Assembly (NCBI GenBank): GCA_051313645.2
Contig: JBNRSN020000001.1
Span: 128,774,001-128,838,000, forward strand
Source of the DNA: Centroscyllium fabricii
Lineage: Eukaryota
Reading direction: 5' to 3'
DNA: 64,000 nucleotides
The notes beneath the pieces were generated by a model. The model had not been told where the DNA came from. It searched no databases and worked only from the letters and a program-made list of their open reading frames with translations. A program made the position numbers and the translations under genes. Shown in pieces: positions 12,062 through 25,480 of the stretch (its first letter is position 1; every line of letters starts with the position of its first letter).

Positions 12062-14900
12062 TAGAATCATAGAATGGTTACAGCACAGCAAAGAAGGAGG
12101 CCATTTGGCCCGTTGAGCCCATGCCGGCTCTCTGCAAGAGTACTTCACCTAGTCCCACACCCCTGCCGATTCCCTGTAGGCCTGCCAATTGGTTTCCTTC
12201 AGGTACTATCCAATTTCCTTTTTAAAGCCATGATTGAATTTTCCTCCACCACCCTCTCAGGCAGTGCATTCCAGATCCTAACCACTCGCTGCGTAAAAAT
12301 GTTTTTCCTCATGTCGCCTTTGGCTCTTCCGCCAATCACCTTAAATCTGTGTCCTCTGGTTCTCAATCCTTCTACCAATGGGAACAGTTTCACTCTATCT
12401 ACTCTGTCTAGACCCCTCATGATTTTGAACACCTCTATCAAATCTCATCTCAACCATCTCTGCTCCAGCCCCAGCTTCTCCAGTCTATCCACATAACTGA
12501 TGTCCCTCATCCCTGGAACGATTCTCGTAAATCTTTTTTGCACTCTCTCTAAGGCCTTCACATCCTTCCTAAAGTGCGGTGCCCAGAATTGGACACAACA
12601 CTCCAGTTGAGACTGAACCAGTGAACCTCCTTGCTTTTGTACTCTATGCCTCTATTAATGAAGCCCAGGATCCCGTAAGCTTTTTTAACTGTTTTCTCAA
12701 CCTGCCCTGCCACCTTCAACGATTTGTGCACATGTACCCCCAGGTCTCTCTGTTCATGCACCCCCTTTAAAATTGTACTCTTTATTTATATTGCCCCTCC
12801 TCGTTCTTCCTACCAAAATGTATCACTTCCCACTTTTCTGCATTAAATTTCATCTGCCACATGTTCACCCATCCCATCAGCCTGTCTGTCCTCTTGAAGT
12901 CGATCACTATCCTCTTCACTATTCACTATATTTCCAGGTTTTGTGTCATGTGCAAATTTTGAAATTATGCCCTGGACACCCAAGTCCAAGTCATTAATAT
13001 ATGTCAAGAAAAGCAGTGGCCCTAGTACCGACCCCTGGGGAACACTGCTGTCTACCTTCCTCCAGTCTGAAAACAACTGTTCACCACTGTTACGTCCTTA
13101 CAGCGGGTAAGGTAAGTAAGCAAAACAACAGACTTCCAAATACAGGTACAGAGATCTTTATTCAACCGTCGGTAACTCAGGAGTGGCTTAGGTAGCTCCA
13201 CGCTGCCTCTTTTGTACAAGCTGTGGCCAAGCATGGTATTGCACCTAAGGGAGTTGTGTGTGTCACCTGACCTCCCCTATGGTGTCGTGTGCATACACCA
13301 CAACCACTACTCTCTGTTTCCTGTCACTTAGCCAATTTCGTATCATGTTGCCATTGTCCTTTTTATTCCATGGGCTTCAACTTTGCTGGCAAGCCTTTAT
13401 CAAATGCCTTTTGAAAGTCCATGTACACCACATCAACTGCATTGCTCTCATCAACCCTCTCTATTACCTCATCAAAAAACTCAATCAAGTTAGTTAAACA
13501 TAATTTGCCTTTAACAAATCCATGCTGGCTTTCCTTAATTAATCCACACTTGTCCAAGTGACTGTTAATTTTGTCCCCGATTATCATTTCTAAAAGCTTT
13601 ACCATTACTGAGGTTAAACTGACTGGCCTGTCACTGCTGGGTTTATCCTTACACCCTTTTCCGAATAAGGGTGTAATATTTGCAATTCTCCAGTCCTCTC
13701 GTACCACCCCCGTATCTAAGGAGGATTGGAAGATTGTGGCCAGTACCTCCGCAATTTCCACCTTTACTTCCCTCAGCATCCTAATATGCATCCCATCCGG
13801 TCCTGGTGACTTATCTACTTTAAGTACAGCAAGCCTTTTCTACTACCTCTTTATCAATTTTTATCTCATCCAGTAACTCCACTACCTCCTCTTTCACTAT
13901 GACTTTGGCAGCATCTTCTTACTTGGTGAAGACAGATGCAATGTACTCATTTAGTATCACAGCCATGCGCTCTGCCTCCATGCATAGGTCTCCTTTTTGG
14001 TTCCTCATTGCCCCAACCCCTTCCTTTTTATTATTTATATGCCTATAGAAGACTTTTGGATTCACTTTTATGTTAGCTGCCAATCTATTGTCATACTCTC
14101 TCTTTGCTCCTCATTTCTTTTTTCACTTCCCCTCTGAACTTTTTCTATTCGGCCTGGTTCTCACTTGTATTCTCAACCTGACATCTGTCATTCACCCCCT
14201 TTTTCTGCTTCATCTTACTCTATCTCTTTTGTCATCCAGGAACCACTGACTTTATTTGCCCTCCCTTTCCCCCTCGTGGGAATGCACCTCGAGCGTAACC
14301 GAACCATCTCTTTAAAGGCAGCCCATTGTTCTATTACAGCTTTGCCTGCCAATCTTTGATTCCAATTTACCCAGGCCAGATCCAGTCTCAACCCACTGAA
14401 ATGGACCCCCCTCCAATTAAGTATTTTTACTCTAGATTGCTCGCTGTCCTTTTCCATAGCTAATCTAAATCTTATGATCACTGTTCACTAAATTTTCCCC
14501 GACTGACACTTGCTCCACTTGACCCACCTCATTCCCCAGAACAAGATCCAGCAATGCCTCCTTCCTCGTGGGCTGGAAACGTACTGATCAAGTATGTTCT
14601 CCTGAATACACTTCTGAAGTTCTTCCCCCTCTTTGCCTTTTACACTATTACTATCCCAATCTACATTAGGATAACTGACAACCCCCATTATCACTACTCT
14701 ATAGTTCTTGCACCTCACCGTAATTTCTCTGCAAATTTGCTCCTCTATATCCTTCCAACTAGTTGGTGGCCGAGAGAATACACCTAGTAGTGTAAAGGCA
14801 CCTGTATTGTTTCTTAGCTCTGACCAAATTGATGCTGTCCTTGACTCCTCCAGAACATTCTCTCCAGCACAGTAATATTCTCCTTAATCAATGCTGCCAT
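12062..14900 (-). mobile_element. CR1 LINE, 5'-truncated ORF2, degenerate
   Basis: APE C-terminus and RT motifs ([45 protein letters not shown]). 3' tail atagaatcatagaat at about 12062. Confidence 0.92.
13088..13302 (-). mobile_element. Solo LTR (215 bp) inserted in CR1
   Basis: TG...CA termini, 5-bp TSD ACCAC (13083-13087 and 13303-13307), minus-strand AATAAA at about 13157. Removing it restores the CR1 sequence. Confidence 0.88.
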
Positions 14901-15285
14901 TTCCTGCACACAGGGTGACAGATACCTCAGCCTTGGCCTTACAGCGTTGCACTGATCTGCACTAAAGTGCTCTCCAACAGAGGAGTAGCAGTGAAATGCA
15001 ATTGGGCCATGAGAGGGATGATGGCATAGGGGACATGGATATGGGGACTCCACTCAAATTGCTTTCACTTGTCACCCCCCCCCCCCCCCCCCCAGGTAGT
15101 CACCTCCATGCCTTATGTCCCAGTGGCCAAGTCTGCCCATGTGCAGGTGGAGCAGTCTTTGACAGGGCCCTCACCGGCTCCAAAGGCCATCGGCCAAGAG
15201 CATCTCAGCAATCAGGGCAGGGATATGAGCAGCCTGCCTCTACCTCTGCTGAAGCCACAGGGGTTACACCACGTAGGAGGGACTA

Positions 15286-15880
15286 GAACTGTGTACAGTG
15301 TTCCAAATGAGGCCTAATCAAGACCTTATACAAAGACAGTATAGTATTTTTTTCTTTTGTATTTAATGGTCCTGACAATACATCTTAATGCTCTATTTGC
15401 TGTTGCAATAGCCTTGTGGCACTGACCATAGACCTCCAGTGATTCATGTACAATACTAACCAAGTCTTTCTCCCACTCAACAGTTTTGAGTGCGCAACCC
15501 TGCGTGGTGTAGAGGTACTTCCATTGGCACAACCCAGGTGCATTACGCTATATTTATTTATATTATATGACATCTGCCAGATGCGGGCTCATTCCCCATC
15601 ACATCTAGAGCCACATCTAATCTATTTTCCTTCTAAGATCCTAATAACAGAAAAGATCTGTGTATCATATGCAAACTTGCAAACACTTCCTCCAATGCCT
15701 TCATCCAGATCATTGATAAGGATAGTGAAGAGCACCAGCCCTAACAGTGATCTCTGCAGGACTCTACTAGTAACTTGTCCCAACACAGAACAACTACCAT
15801 TATTCTGTCTATAAAAACATAACCAATTCCTTATCCACCTCAAAATCTGCCTGCTAATTCCACAGCATATTGTGAAGCAC
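15286..15880 (-). mobile_element. CR1-group LINE RT fragment
   Basis: ORFs WIRNWL...VTSRVLQRSLLGLVLFTILINDL...KFAYDT and EKDLVSIV...KAIATANRAL. Confidence 0.8.
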
Positions 15881-16246
15881 TTGTGATATATCTAAGAATG
15901 ATCACACAGAGCCTTCATGAACGTCGACTGGTTTATTCAATAGCAGCCATTACACAACTCCAGCATGCTGTGGTTACCCAGCATGCTTTGGGGATGGAAC
16001 ATTCCAAGTGCCACAGCCCTTAAGGGGAGTGCAGACTCTACCAATATATAACATCTCCTCCCCCCTTACAATCAACGTCCATATTTAACAACATTACAAT
16101 TAACAAAAGTAACATACCAATTAACAAAACATTATTATACATATATACATTATTTCCCGCACCTGGGGTGAGGGTACCCGACTTCCTCAGACCCCGGCAA
16201 TTCCCATGGGGATTATTCTGCCCCAGTTGTTTTGGGTATGCCTCTA

Positions 16247-18855
16247 TTAGTAACTCAGTCGTTCAGGGGGCCGCCGCTGTCTAGCAGGATATCGGCGGTC
16301 ATTCGGAACATTGTCTTCGCTTGTTGGCGATGGTGAATCTGGGCAAACTGGAGAGGCGACAGGAGGAAGAATGTCTTCCTCGGCGGGCAGGTCCGGAACC
16401 ACAGGGTCAGGCTGAGGCAACACTGGGGGCACGCTCTGCGAGGACTGGCCAACGGGTGGAACCTCACATTGGATCTCCGGGCGAATCTCGTAAGGTAGCC
16501 CTGAGGGCTGAACCGTGTGTAGCAGTTGGTCCACATGCCGTCTCCAGACAGTACCAGTAGTCGTCTGGACTGTATATGAAACTGGTCCCGTCTGAGCAAC
16601 AATAGCGGCCGGAATCCAGTTGGGCCCACTGACGTAACTTCGTACCAACACTGATGCCCCTGGTGCGAAAGCTCTGGGCTTCGCATGCTGGTCTCTTCTA
16701 ATAATTTGGGACTTCACTGATGGTGGCTTCAGGAGGTCAAAATGAGACCGCAGCTCTCTTTTGAGTAATAGGCGAGCTGGTGATACTTTGGTCGTAGCAT
16801 GGGCCGTATTACGGTAGGTCAGTAAGAACCTATGCAATCTTTGATGCAAGGTTCCTTGGCCTTGGGATGCTCTCAGGGCGTGCTTCATCGTTTGCACAAA
16901 CCTTTCAGCGAGGCCATTGGTTGCAGGATGATATGGGGCGGACCTGATATGCTGCACTCCATTTACTTGCAAGAAGGCAGCCATCTCCTGCGATACAAAC
17001 TGTGGGCCATTGTCAGATACAAGCTGGACGGGAGCTCCAAACCGACTGAACATTTCCCCCAACTTCTCAATGGTCCTTTCTGCCGTGGTGGAACGCATGA
17101 TTGCCACTTCAGACCATTTGCTGTGTGCATCAACAGCGACAAGAAACATCTTTTCTTCAAACGGTCCTGCAAAATCAACATGGACCCTGTGCCATGGTTC
17201 TTCAGAGAAACTCCATGGGTGTAGAGTAGAGGAGCCAACTGTGGACGATTTCTAACCTTCTGGCATGAAGAGCATGTCTTCGCAATGCTCTCGATCTGAC
17301 CATCCATGCCTGGCCACCAGAAATAGCTTCTTGCTATTTCCTTCATTCGGACAATTCCGCTGTGCCCTGAGTGGAGTTGTTGCAACACTGGTTTGCGTAA
17401 TGATGGTGGAATGACCACCCTCCTTCCCCATAGCAAACATCCCGACTGTACTGACAATTCCATTTTCTTTGACAGGTAGGGCTGTAAGTTGCTGTCCCCG
17501 TTACCAACGGTGCCCTTTACAATGATCTCCACAACAGCCGATAAGATGGGATCGGTGCGCGTAGCACCTCGTACTTGAGAAGCGGAGACAGGAGCATTGT
17601 CCACCTGGCTAAAATAAAAGACTTCTGCCTTATGGAATTCGGGTTTAGTGACAGGAAGTGGCAATCTAGATAAACCATCGGCGTTGCAGTGTGACTCTGC
17701 CTTACGATATTTTATGTCATAAGAATGAGCGGACAATAATAAAGCCCAACGTTGCAGACGACTTGCAGCAAGAGACGGTATCCCAGTGTGTGGACCCAGG
17801 ATGGTTGTGAGAGGCCGATGGTCTGTAAGAAGTGTGAACCTCCGCCCATATAAATACTGGTGGAATTTACGAACCCCAAAGACGATACTTAAAGCTTCTC
17901 GCTCCAGTTGAGCATAGTTGGCCTCTGCTTTATTCAGTGTCCTTGACGCAAAAGCGATGGGTCTTTCCTCCCCATTTGACAGGACATGCGAAAGAACTGC
18001 ACCTACCCCATATGGAGATGCATCACAGGCCAGTTGAAGAGGAAGTGAAGGGTCAAAATGAGTCAAGACATCTGAACGAACTAGCAGCTCTTTAGCCTTT
18101 TTAAAAGCTTCTTGACATGCAGTACTCCATTTCCATGTTCTGTCTTGGCACAGCAATTCATGGAGTGGCTTCAACAACGATGCTAGATTTGGCATAAACC
18201 GACCATAATAATTAAGTAGACCTAGAAAAGAACGCAGTTGACTGACGTTCTGTGGTGGTGGCGCATCCACAATGGCTGCGGTTTTAGATGGGGCAGTATG
18301 CAACCCCTCAGCATCAATGACATGCCCCAAGTACTCTACCGATGCTTTGAAAAATTCACACTTGTCTTTACGAACTCTGAGTCCATACTGTTTAAGACGA
18401 TTTAGCATCGCATCCAAATTCTGAAGGTGTTGCTCATCAGTGACTCCAGTACAAAGAATATCATCCAGGTAACACTGGACCCCGGACAGTCCGCTAAGAA
18501 TTTGATCCATGGCACGCTGGAACAGCGCTGGAGCTGAGGTAATACCGAAAGGCAACCGACGATAACGAAAAAGACCCCTGTGCGTGGTAATGGTGAGCAA
18601 TTCACGCGAGTCTTTGTGGACATGCATTTGTAAATAGGCTTGACATAGGTCTATTTTACTGAACTTTTGTCCCCCACTGAGTCCAGCAAACAAATCATCG
18701 ATGTGGGGAAGCAGGTACTGTTCTGCACATAACACTGGGTTAAGTGTTACCTTGAAATCCCCACAGGTTCGGATGCCTCCATCTTTTTTTGGTACTGGAA
18801 CTATCGGTGTAGCCCAATCACTAACAGTGACCGGTTCCAATACTCCATTTTCCAC
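16247..18855 (-). pseudogene. pol: Element A pol (RT-RNase H-integrase), frameshifted near 17200
   Basis: ORFs 16963-18855 (RT, RNase H, HHCC) and 16247-17149 (integrase core VDAHSKW...SDNGPQF...NGLAERF). Confidence 0.9.
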
Positions 18856-18936
18856 GAGAGCATCTAGATCCGCTTCTACTTTCGGTTTGATAGCGTATGG
18901 CCTTCATGAACACCGGCCTGCTGTCTGGCTTAACAT

Positions 18937-21900
18937 TGTGGCGGCACGCCCACTGGGACATCGAATCCGCCACGGGAACTCCGCGGAGCAAAGCCCCGCT
19001 CATCCGGGTGACGCGACGACGTCACCACGTCAGCCGACGCGATGACGTCACCAACCGCGGGACTGTTTAAATACGCTTGTTGCGAGTGGTTCACTCTCTT
19101 TCTTGTTTTGTTTAGTATATTAAAGCTGTGTTTTCTCTAGCTCTGGCTCACGTGTGGTTCCTAGGCCCTGCCGGCGCTACAGTGGTGACCCCGAATTGGA
19201 ACGACTTCCAAAGAAGAAAAGCTGCCGCAGGATCTGGGACCACCAGCCAAAGAACTTTTTAAATAAGAAAACATGGTAAACCCAAGGAACCAAGCTCCAC
19301 GAACGCAAGGACTTGGCCAGAACGCCGGACGTGGACTAACTCTACCCGAGTTCTGGGAGCAACGGCCAGCGGCCTGGTTTATGTGCATCGAGACCAGCTG
19401 CCGCACACATGGCATCCAGGGGGACGACCGCTACGACCTGGTGTTCTCAGCCCTACCACAGTCGACGATCGATCGGATGTGGTCAAAAATACAGCGTGTG
19501 CCCACCGCAGGCAGGTATGAATCACTCAAGGCCGCGCTTATAAAAAAATTTACCCCCTCTCAATTTGAGCGCGACTGCCAGCTCCTCGACCTCCCCGAAC
19601 TCGGGGACGCAGACCCATCGGACCTCTTAGGTCAGATGCAAGCGCTCACACCCAACCCGGCCTCCCTCTTCCGCACCGTCTTCCTCCTTAAACTGCCCCA
19701 CGCCATCAGACCGGCCTTGGCGGCCCTTGGCCAACGGAGCGATGACGAGCTCGGAGAGGAAGCCGACAGGCTCATGGAGGCGCAGCGCACCCGCTCAACC
19801 ACGTGCGACCCTAACTCCGCATCGGTAGAGCGCAGCCAATCACCCCCCAGGCATAACTTTACGCCTGAACCTAGGGCCCCGCGCCCACCTAGGCAACCGC
19901 GTCCCTCTAGCACCGGCTGGTGCTACTACCACACGCGGTTCGAGCACAAAGTGCACCGCTGCGTCCAGCCATGCGCGTTCAAGCCACGGCCCAACTCAGC
20001 CCCCACCATGTCTGTAGGCCACACAGGAGCACTGCTCTTTGCTACAGACAGCGGCACAGGCCTCAGGTTCCTCTGCGACACAGGCGCGCAGCACAGCATC
20101 GTGCCAGCCTCCCCTGCAGAAACCAAACAAGGCACCCGGGGCCCGCCACTAGCGGCGGCCAACGGCTCCAGTATAAAAACGTACGGCACCCGCAAGCTTA
20201 CAATTACCCTTGCAAGCCACGCGTACACCTGGGATTTCGTAACGGCCCAGGTCACATCGCCCCTCCTCGGGGCAGATTTCCTCTGCGCCTACGGCCTACT
20301 GGTCGACGTAACCCGGCGCCGCTTGGTCAACATAAATACCATGACGACCATCCCATGCTCCACAGGGCCCGCACTCCTGGCCCACGCGGCAGCCCAATGC
20401 CGCTCCCGGGACTCCGATGCCTACGGCATACTCCTTGCAGAGTTCCCCGCCCTAACCAACCCCACGTTCACCGCCCGACAGGCCAAACACGGGGTGGAGC
20501 ATTTTATAACGACCACAGGCCCTCCCGTCCATGCCCACGCCCGTAGGCTCGACCCGGCCAAGCAGGAGATAGCGCGCACCGAGTTCCGCACCATGGAGCA
20601 ACTCGGTATAATCCGCCGCTCCAACAGCCCCTGGGCCTCTCCTCTCCACATAGCCCCCAAGCCCGACGGAGGTTGGCGCCCCTGCAGCGACTACCGCCGC
20701 CTAAACAACGCCACCACCCCGGATAGGTACCCCGTACCCCACATCCAGGATTTTTCCGCCAGATTAGCGGGCTGTACGATCTTTTCCAAGATCGACCTGG
20801 TGCGTGGCTACCACCAGGTGCCGGTACACCCGGCAGACATTCCTAAAACGGCCGTTATTACCCCCTTCGGGCTCTTCGAGTTCCTTAGGATGCCCTTCGG
20901 CCTTAAAAACGCGGCCCAGGCCTTCCAGCGCCTCATGGACTCAATCCTGCGGGACTTGAAGTTCATTTTCATCTATTTAGACGACATCCTCGTGGCCAGC
21001 ACCTCCCCCCAGGAACACCTCCTGCACCTCAGGACCCTGTTCCAGCGCCTTACCGAACACGGCCTTATCTTAAGCCCCACCAAGTGCAAATTCGGCCTCG
21101 AGACTATTGACTTCCTCGGCCACCGCATTTCCCAAACAGGGGCCATACCCCTGCCCTCCAAGGTGCAGGCGATACAGGAATTCCCCCGCCCGCACTCCAT
21201 TAAAGGGCTGCAGGAATTCTTAGGCATGGTTAATTTTTATAACCGCTTTATCTCGGGAGCAGCCGCTCTCATGGCCCCCTTATACCAGGCCACCCATGGG
21301 CAGTCCAACAAGGCTGCGGTCGAGTGGACGGCCGACGCCGCCACCGCCTTCACCGCAACTAAAACCACCCTGGCAAACGCCACCCTCCTAGCCCACCCTA
21401 GGCCCAAAGCCAGAGTAGCCCTCACCACCGACGCCTCCGACCATGCGGTCGGGGCCGTATTTGAGCAGTGGACCGGCAACTCGTGGCAGCCCCTGGCCTT
21501 TTTCAGCCGGCAACTCCGGCCCCCAGAGGTTAAATACAGCGCCTTCGATAGGGAGCTACTCGCTCTCCATCTGGCAGTGCGACACTTTCGTTTCCTCTTG
21601 GAGGGCCGCCACTTCACAGCCTTCAGCGACCATAAGCCACTCACGTTTGCGATGGCTAAGGTCGCCGAACCCTGGTCGGCCAGGCAGCAGCGCCAACTCG
21701 TGGCCGTGTCGGAATTTACAACCGACATCCAGCACATTTCCGGCCGCGACAACGTGGTCGCTGACTGCCTCTCACGCCCCACCATTAACGCCGCCCAAAT
21801 GGCGGTCGATTACGCCCAGCTGGCCGCGGACCAGCTAGCCGACCCCGACCTGCTCAATGCAGCAGCTAATCTCCCCGGCCTCCACTTGGCCAATATCGCG

Positions 21901-22944
21901 CACGGCCCCGCTGCCACCGTCGTCTGCTGTGACGTATCCTTGCCGCAACCCAGGCCAGTCGTACCCCACGCTTGGAGGCGACACATATTTAGGACCCTCC
22001 ATGACCTGTCCCACCCCGGCGCCCGCGCGTCCATCAAATTAATCTCGGCCCGGTTCGTATGGCGCGGCCTGCGCAAGGATGTCTGCGCCTGGGCCAGCTC
22101 CTGCATAGCCTGCCAGCGCTCCAAAGTGCATAAGCACATCAAGGCACCGCTGGAAACGTTTAAAGTGCCGGCCAGACGCTTTGACCACGTCCATATCGAT
22201 CTCGTCGGGCCACTACCGCCATCCCGGGGCCACATGCACCTAATAACCATGGTCGACCGCAACACTCGCTGGCCAGAAGCAGTCCCCCTCACCGCCACCG
22301 GCACCACGGACTTGGCCAGGGCGTTCATCGCCACCTGGGTCGCCCGCTTCGGCGTGCCCACAGACATCACCTCCGACAGAGGACCCCAGTTTACGTCGGC
22401 ATTATGGGCGGCCATCGCCCGCGACCTTAGGGTAACACTACATCGAACCACCGCATACCACCCACAAGCGAACGGGCTATGCGAACGGTTCCACTGCTCA
22501 ATGAAGGCATCGCTACGAGCCACGCTCAAGGACGCGTCGTGGACCAACCGCCTTCCATGGGTTCTCCTCGGGCTGCGCTTGGCAGTCAAGGAAGACCTAA
22601 ACGCCTCGGCAGCAGAGCTCATCTACGGCCAAACTTTAACAGTGCCGGGCGAGTTCCTGGCTGAGCCCAACATTCCCTGGTCAGCCGACCAGTATTTAAC
22701 AGACTTCGCCAACCCGGCACGAGCTTTCCAGCCACTACCAGTGGCCCGGCATGGAGAGCCATGGGAACTCCGCGGAGCAAAGCCCCGCTCATCCGGGTGA
22801 CGCGATGACGTCACCAACCGCGGGACTGTTTAAATACGCTTGTTGCGAGTGGTTCACTCTCTTTCTTGTTTTGTTTAGTATATTAAAGCTGTGTTTTCTC
22901 TACCTCTGGCTCACGTGTGGTTCCTAGGCCCTGCCGGCGCTACA
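18937..22944 (+). mobile_element. Gypsy LTR retrotransposon B (CsRN1-like clade) nested in A
   Basis: 5' LTR 18937-19181 and PBS TGGTGACCCCGA (tRNA-Trp complement) at 19183. The 3' LTR (about 22758-22944) is truncated. 4-bp TSD ACAT; excision restores the A frame TVKLHVKPDS. Confidence 0.96.
19273..22800 (+). CDS. gag-pol: Uninterrupted Gag-Pol polyprotein (1175 aa) of element B
   Basis: Gag LPEFW...WF and CYYH...C...C knuckle, protease FLCDTGA, RT YLDDILV, RNase H TDAS/DRELLA/DHKPL, integrase HDLSH...CIAC with D-D-E. The C-terminus runs into the 3' LTR. Confidence 0.93.
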   Translation: MVNPRNQAPRTQGLGQNAGRGLTLPEFWEQRPAAWFMCIETSCRTHGIQGDDRYDLVFSALPQSTIDRMWSKIQRVPTAGRYESLKAALIKKFTPSQFERDCQLLDLPELGDADPSDLLGQMQALTPNPASLFRTVFLLKLPHAIRPALAALGQRSDDELGEEADRLMEAQRTRSTTCDPNSASVERSQSPPRHNFTPEPRAPRPPRQPRPSSTGWCYYHTRFEHKVHRCVQPCAFKPRPNSAPTMSVGHTGALLFATDSGTGLRFLCDTGAQHSIVPASPAETKQGTRGPPLAAANGSSIKTYGTRKLTITLASHAYTWDFVTAQVTSPLLGADFLCAYGLLVDVTRRRLVNINTMTTIPCSTGPALLAHAAAQCRSRDSDAYGILLAEFPALTNPTFTARQAKHGVEHFITTTGPPVHAHARRLDPAKQEIARTEFRTMEQLGIIRRSNSPWASPLHIAPKPDGGWRPCSDYRRLNNATTPDRYPVPHIQDFSARLAGCTIFSKIDLVRGYHQVPVHPADIPKTAVITPFGLFEFLRMPFGLKNAAQAFQRLMDSILRDLKFIFIYLDDILVASTSPQEHLLHLRTLFQRLTEHGLILSPTKCKFGLETIDFLGHRISQTGAIPLPSKVQAIQEFPRPHSIKGLQEFLGMVNFYNRFISGAAALMAPLYQATHGQSNKAAVEWTADAATAFTATKTTLANATLLAHPRPKARVALTTDASDHAVGAVFEQWTGNSWQPLAFFSRQLRPPEVKYSAFDRELLALHLAVRHFRFLLEGRHFTAFSDHKPLTFAMAKVAEPWSARQQRQLVAVSEFTTDIQHISGRDNVVADCLSRPTINAAQMAVDYAQLAADQLADPDLLNAAANLPGLHLANIAHGPAATVVCCDVSLPQPRPVVPHAWRRHIFRTLHDLSHPGARASIKLISARFVWRGLRKDVCAWASSCIACQRSKVHKHIKAPLETFKVPARRFDHVHIDLVGPLPPSRGHMHLITMVDRNTRWPEAVPLTATGTTDLARAFIATWVARFGVPTDITSDRGPQFTSALWAAIARDLRVTLHRTTAYHPQANGLCERFHCSMKASLRATLKDASWTNRLPWVLLGLRLAVKEDLNASAAELIYGQTLTVPGEFLAEPNIPWSADQYLTDFANPARAFQPLPVARHGEPWELRGAKPRSSG

Positions 22945-23237
22945 ACATGTAATTTAACTGTTATGCCCTTCATGCTTCCCAGCTCATCTCGAAAAATTTC
23001 GCTGTGTTTCTCCAAAATGGCCTGCAGCTCTGTGGAGTGCTTTGATACAATGTGTATTGCCTGCCAGTCCAGCTTTATCTTTTTCAGCCACGTGCGCCCC
23101 ATAATGGCAGGGTAGTTCCCTTGCGTTACGTATAGTGGAAGTTTTTCGGTTCTGCCGCCATACTGAACTATGGCATCAGTCATCCCCTTCATGGGTACCG
23201 ATTGCCCCGTAAATGTTTTGAAAACCGTATCAGAGGG

Positions 23238-24213
23238 TCACAGCTTTAGGTGCCTCAAGGATTTGTAAAAGACCTTGGCCGAAATAATTGAGGCCCGTGA
23301 CCCGGTATCAATCTGCATTCTAACTGCATGTCCCTCTAACTTGGGTGAGACCCAGTATCCATCTGAACCCTCATCTATGTTCCGTATTTTAAGGGTGTTT
23401 ACCTGCAGTTCCTCCCCTGAGGAGTCACTTGATTTGTTCTCTTGCTCCATTGTATGAACGTATTTCTTTGTCCTAGCCCCGTACTTCGATGGGGTGCCCG
23501 TGCTTTTCTTACTGCGACATGCCCGTTCTATGTGGCCCTTTTTCCCGCAGCTGCGGCATTCCAAATCCCTGCACCAACAAGAAGGTGCCAGGTGTCCCTT
23601 TTGTCCACAACGGAAGCACTGACCTTGACTGCTCGGTCCTTGGCCACTTAGCTTATTACCGTCAACCTTATATACACGACTTGTCGTCACCTGCAGCTGC
23701 TGAGCTTCCTTCGAAGCCATTTCCATGCTCACCGCAATATTTAGGGCTTGCTCCCATGTTAAATCATTCTCTGTTAACAATTTCTTCTGAGCGGCCTCGT
23801 TGTTTAAGCCGCATACTAGCCGGTCTCTCAGTGTGTCATTCAGCGATTGCCCAAAATTGCAATGCTCTGTGAGCTTCCGCAATGCTGCTGCAAACTTTGT
23901 AACCGCCTCGCCATCTCCTTGGCTGCGTCTATGAAAAGTGTAACCGTTCCGCGATGACCAAGGGTTTGGGTGCAAAATGGTTGGCCAGTGTCTCTACGAT
24001 TAATTCATATGTTTGGGTCCCCGGTTTATCTGGCTGCAGTAAATCACGCAGTAGATTATATGTTCTCGGGCCCATCACGCTCAAAAATGTGGCGGAAATT
24101 CTTTCTTCCTTGATGTCATTGGCTTTGACGAAACAGTCAAATCGCTCCGTATACCCAGACCACTGCTCTGTTCCTTCATCATAGGGCCCAATCGTTCCGT
24201 AGACTGCAGCCAT
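23238..24213 (-). pseudogene. gag: Element A gag-protease, frameshifted
   Basis: IGPYDEGTEQWSGYTERF..., LRDRLVCGL, CFRCGQKGH...CRSCGKKGH, IDTGS. Confidence 0.88.
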
Positions 24214-25042
24214 TGTTCACCCCTTTTCGCGCCTTTTTTTTTTCTTTAAAATATTTAACGGCTTCGCGTTCTGTTCGCGCCCTTTTTCTTTAACGGCCTC
24301 GCGTTCTGTTCGCGCTCTCTTTTATGTAAAAAAACCCAGCTTCGCGTTCTTCTTTAATGGCTCTCTCTCTTACCTCCTTTTTGAGGTACCTGGTGGTCGA
24401 CTCCGTTGTCCGTTTTCTGGCACCGCCATGTTGAACACCACTTGGAAGAAGCACTGAGAGTAGCAAGAGCACAGAATGTACTCTGGGTGGGGGACTTCAA
24501 TGTCCATCACTAAGAGTGGCTCGGTAGCACCACTACTGACCGAGCTGGCCAAGTCCTGAAGGACATACCTGCCAGTCTGGGCCAGCGACAGGTGGTGAGA
24601 GAACCAACATAAGGGAAAAAGCTACTTGACCTTGACCTCACCAATCTACTTGTCACAGATGCATCTGTCCATGACAGTATTGGTAGCAGTGACCACCGCA
24701 CTGTCATTGTGGTGACAAAGTTGTGTTGCGTGGCACCACCACCGTGCTAAATGGGATAGACTCAGAACAAATCTAGTAGTTCAAAACTGGGCATCGATGA
24801 GGTGCTGTGGGCCATCAGCAGCAGCAGAACTGTATTCCGACATAATCTATAACCTCGTGGCACGGCATATCCCTCACTCTACCATTACCATCAAGCCAGT
24901 GGACCAACCCTGGTTCAATAAGGAGTATAGAAGAGCATGCCAGGAGCAGCACCAGGTGTACCTAAAAATGAAGTGCCAACCTGGGAAAGCTGCAACACAG
25001 GACTACATGCATGTTTAAAAGCAGAAGCAGCATGCTATAGAC

Positions 25043-25480
25043 TGTTCAGGACAGGAAGGCCATCCAGAGGGTTGTGAAGACGGCAGGAAAAATCATCGGG
25101 TGTACACTCCCATCAATCGAAGAGATCTTCCAGACTAGATGTCGGAACAAGGCCCGCGCCATTATCAAAGACCCCAACCACCCTGGGCACGAACTGTTCT
25201 CCCTCCTGCGATCCGGCCGTCGGTACCGCAGCATCCGAACCAGGACCAGCAGATTCAATAACAGTTTTTATCCACAGGCAGTGCGCCTACTGAACTGCTA
25301 ACGGCAATTGTTATCTATCTGTTTCTCTGTTTACTAATTTGTTACTATATTTACACTTGTTTTTACCTTTTTACCTTGTGCTTTTCTTCATTTCATAAGT
25401 GTGGGAGTGAATGGGGAGTAAGCATTCCATTGTACTAGTTACATATGGCGAATAAAATGATCTTGTATCTTGTATCTTGA
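25043..25480 (+). mobile_element. Rex1/Babar-type LINE 3' fragment
   Basis: QRVVKTAGKIIGCTLPSIEEI...IIKDPNHPGHELFSLLRSGRRYRSIRTRTSRFNNSFYPQAVRLLN, then AATAAA and a (TCTTGTA)n tail. Confidence 0.85.

Larger units (their letters stand above)
15882..24428 (-). mobile_element. Gypsy LTR retrotransposon A (Mag-like), 5' LTR missing, interrupted by element B
   Basis: 3' LTR 15882-16053 (TGTGATATAT...ATATATAACA) and PPT 16054-16066. Gag at 23238-24213 (two CCHC knuckles), protease IDTGS, RT YLDD, RNase H CDAS, integrase HHCC and DDE (16247-18855). Frameshifted. Confidence 0.95.

Noticed and set aside
19632-22622. Long antisense ORFs over element B (e.g. 270 aa at 21810-22622), and similar ones over D
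   Set aside because: They are shadows of GC-rich coding sequence with no recognisable domains.
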